This document shows positions 63,561 through 64,000 of a stretch of 64,000 bases of DNA, piece after piece. The DNA lies in assembly GCA_030867685.1 (NCBI GenBank), contig JAQOWU010000008.1, positions 62,001 to 126,000 of the forward strand, read 5' to 3'. The stretch comes from Wickerhamiella versatilis (taxonomy: Eukaryota). Each line of letters starts with the position of its first letter. Positions within the stretch are counted from its first letter, which is position 1. The notes under the pieces are model-generated. The model had not been told where the DNA came from and ran no database searches. It saw nothing but the letters and a program-made list of their open reading frames with translations. The position numbers were made by a program, and so were the translations under genes.

Positions 63561-64000
63561 TTAGCTCAATACAGTAAGATTTACTTCATTTCCCGAGATA
63601 CCCCCGGTTGAAATAGGCGACAACTCGCAATCGTAATGTGATAAAAACTCAATGTAGAACTCAGATTTACCATTAAATGTGATTGATCCGTCATCAGTTA
63701 CTGCCCAGGTTGACTTAGTTGAATTGAAATCAGTTAGCATAAAAGCTTCCTGATATCCACCTGAGGCTTCAACGTAATTTTTTGGTCCAGGTTGTGACAG
63801 ATCGACTAGCCTTCCTTTATAAATTGCAAATTCATCTCCATAATCAGAAAAGACGCTAAAACTTGCTTCGTCGTAACGGAGTTTTGCTGATGAGACCGAA
63901 TTCGCGGCGCAGGCTACATAACCCCTGTAACTGCTCACGGAAATGTTGAACGGACTAGTAGTCCAATTTCCCGTCGCACCAGCACAGGAATTCAAGGTGA
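63561..64000 (-). CDS. C-terminal part of a probable secreted or cell-wall protein (5' end outside window)
   Basis: Frame is open to the window edge; Ser/Thr/Asn-rich with N-glycosylation sequons; W.V..DGS..FNG...FY pattern. Confidence 0.5.
   Translation of the reverse strand, partial: TLNSCAGATGNWTTSPFNISVSSYRGYVACAANSVSSAKLRYDEASFSVFSDYGDEFAIYKGRLVDLSQPGPKNYVEASGGYQEAFMLTDFNSTKSTWAVTDDGSITFNGKSEFYIEFLSHYDCELSPISTGGISGNEVNLTVLS

Noticed and set aside
1-64000. tRNA, rRNA, transposase, integrase or recombinase genes
   Set aside because: None recognised by eye, so any enzyme acting on the dispersed element would have to be encoded elsewhere.

Overview
Gene-dense, intron-poor fungal DNA, most likely a budding yeast using the standard code (CTG encodes a conserved Leu in VLLTGATG). 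The mix of fungal and bacterial-type genes resembles the HGT-rich Wickerhamiella/Starmerella clade, but that is inference. The window looks like an accessory or subtelomere-like array of about 35 genes and relics. It holds transporters (OPT, Fsy1-like, UNC-93-like, ACS/Soa1, Dur3, DHA1, APC) and a sulfur-scavenging block (three TauD/Jlp1 dioxygenases, Soa1, an SsuD-like pseudogene, an OYE::DszA/NtaA-type fusion). It also holds secreted lipases, esterases and orphans, several bacterial-type genes (TetR regulator, class C serine hydrolase, SDR, EphD-like hydrolase) and many pseudogenes. Main findings: (1) a degenerate ~34-bp pseudo-palindromic element, consensus GCTATCTTGCATTGTCCAACCAGTCTCAGATAGT, recurs more than 20 times (full or half copies), only outside genes, in most intergenic gaps and often just past gene 3' ends, which suggests a cassette/recombination-site architecture; (2) a natural chimeric carboxylic acid reductase with a fungal 4CL-like A domain and an actinobacterial CAR T-R didomain; (3) an Old Yellow Enzyme fused to an FMNH2-dependent monooxygenase; (4) an intact bacterial TetR regulator in a eukaryote. 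All family calls come from motif recognition by eye, with no database searches.
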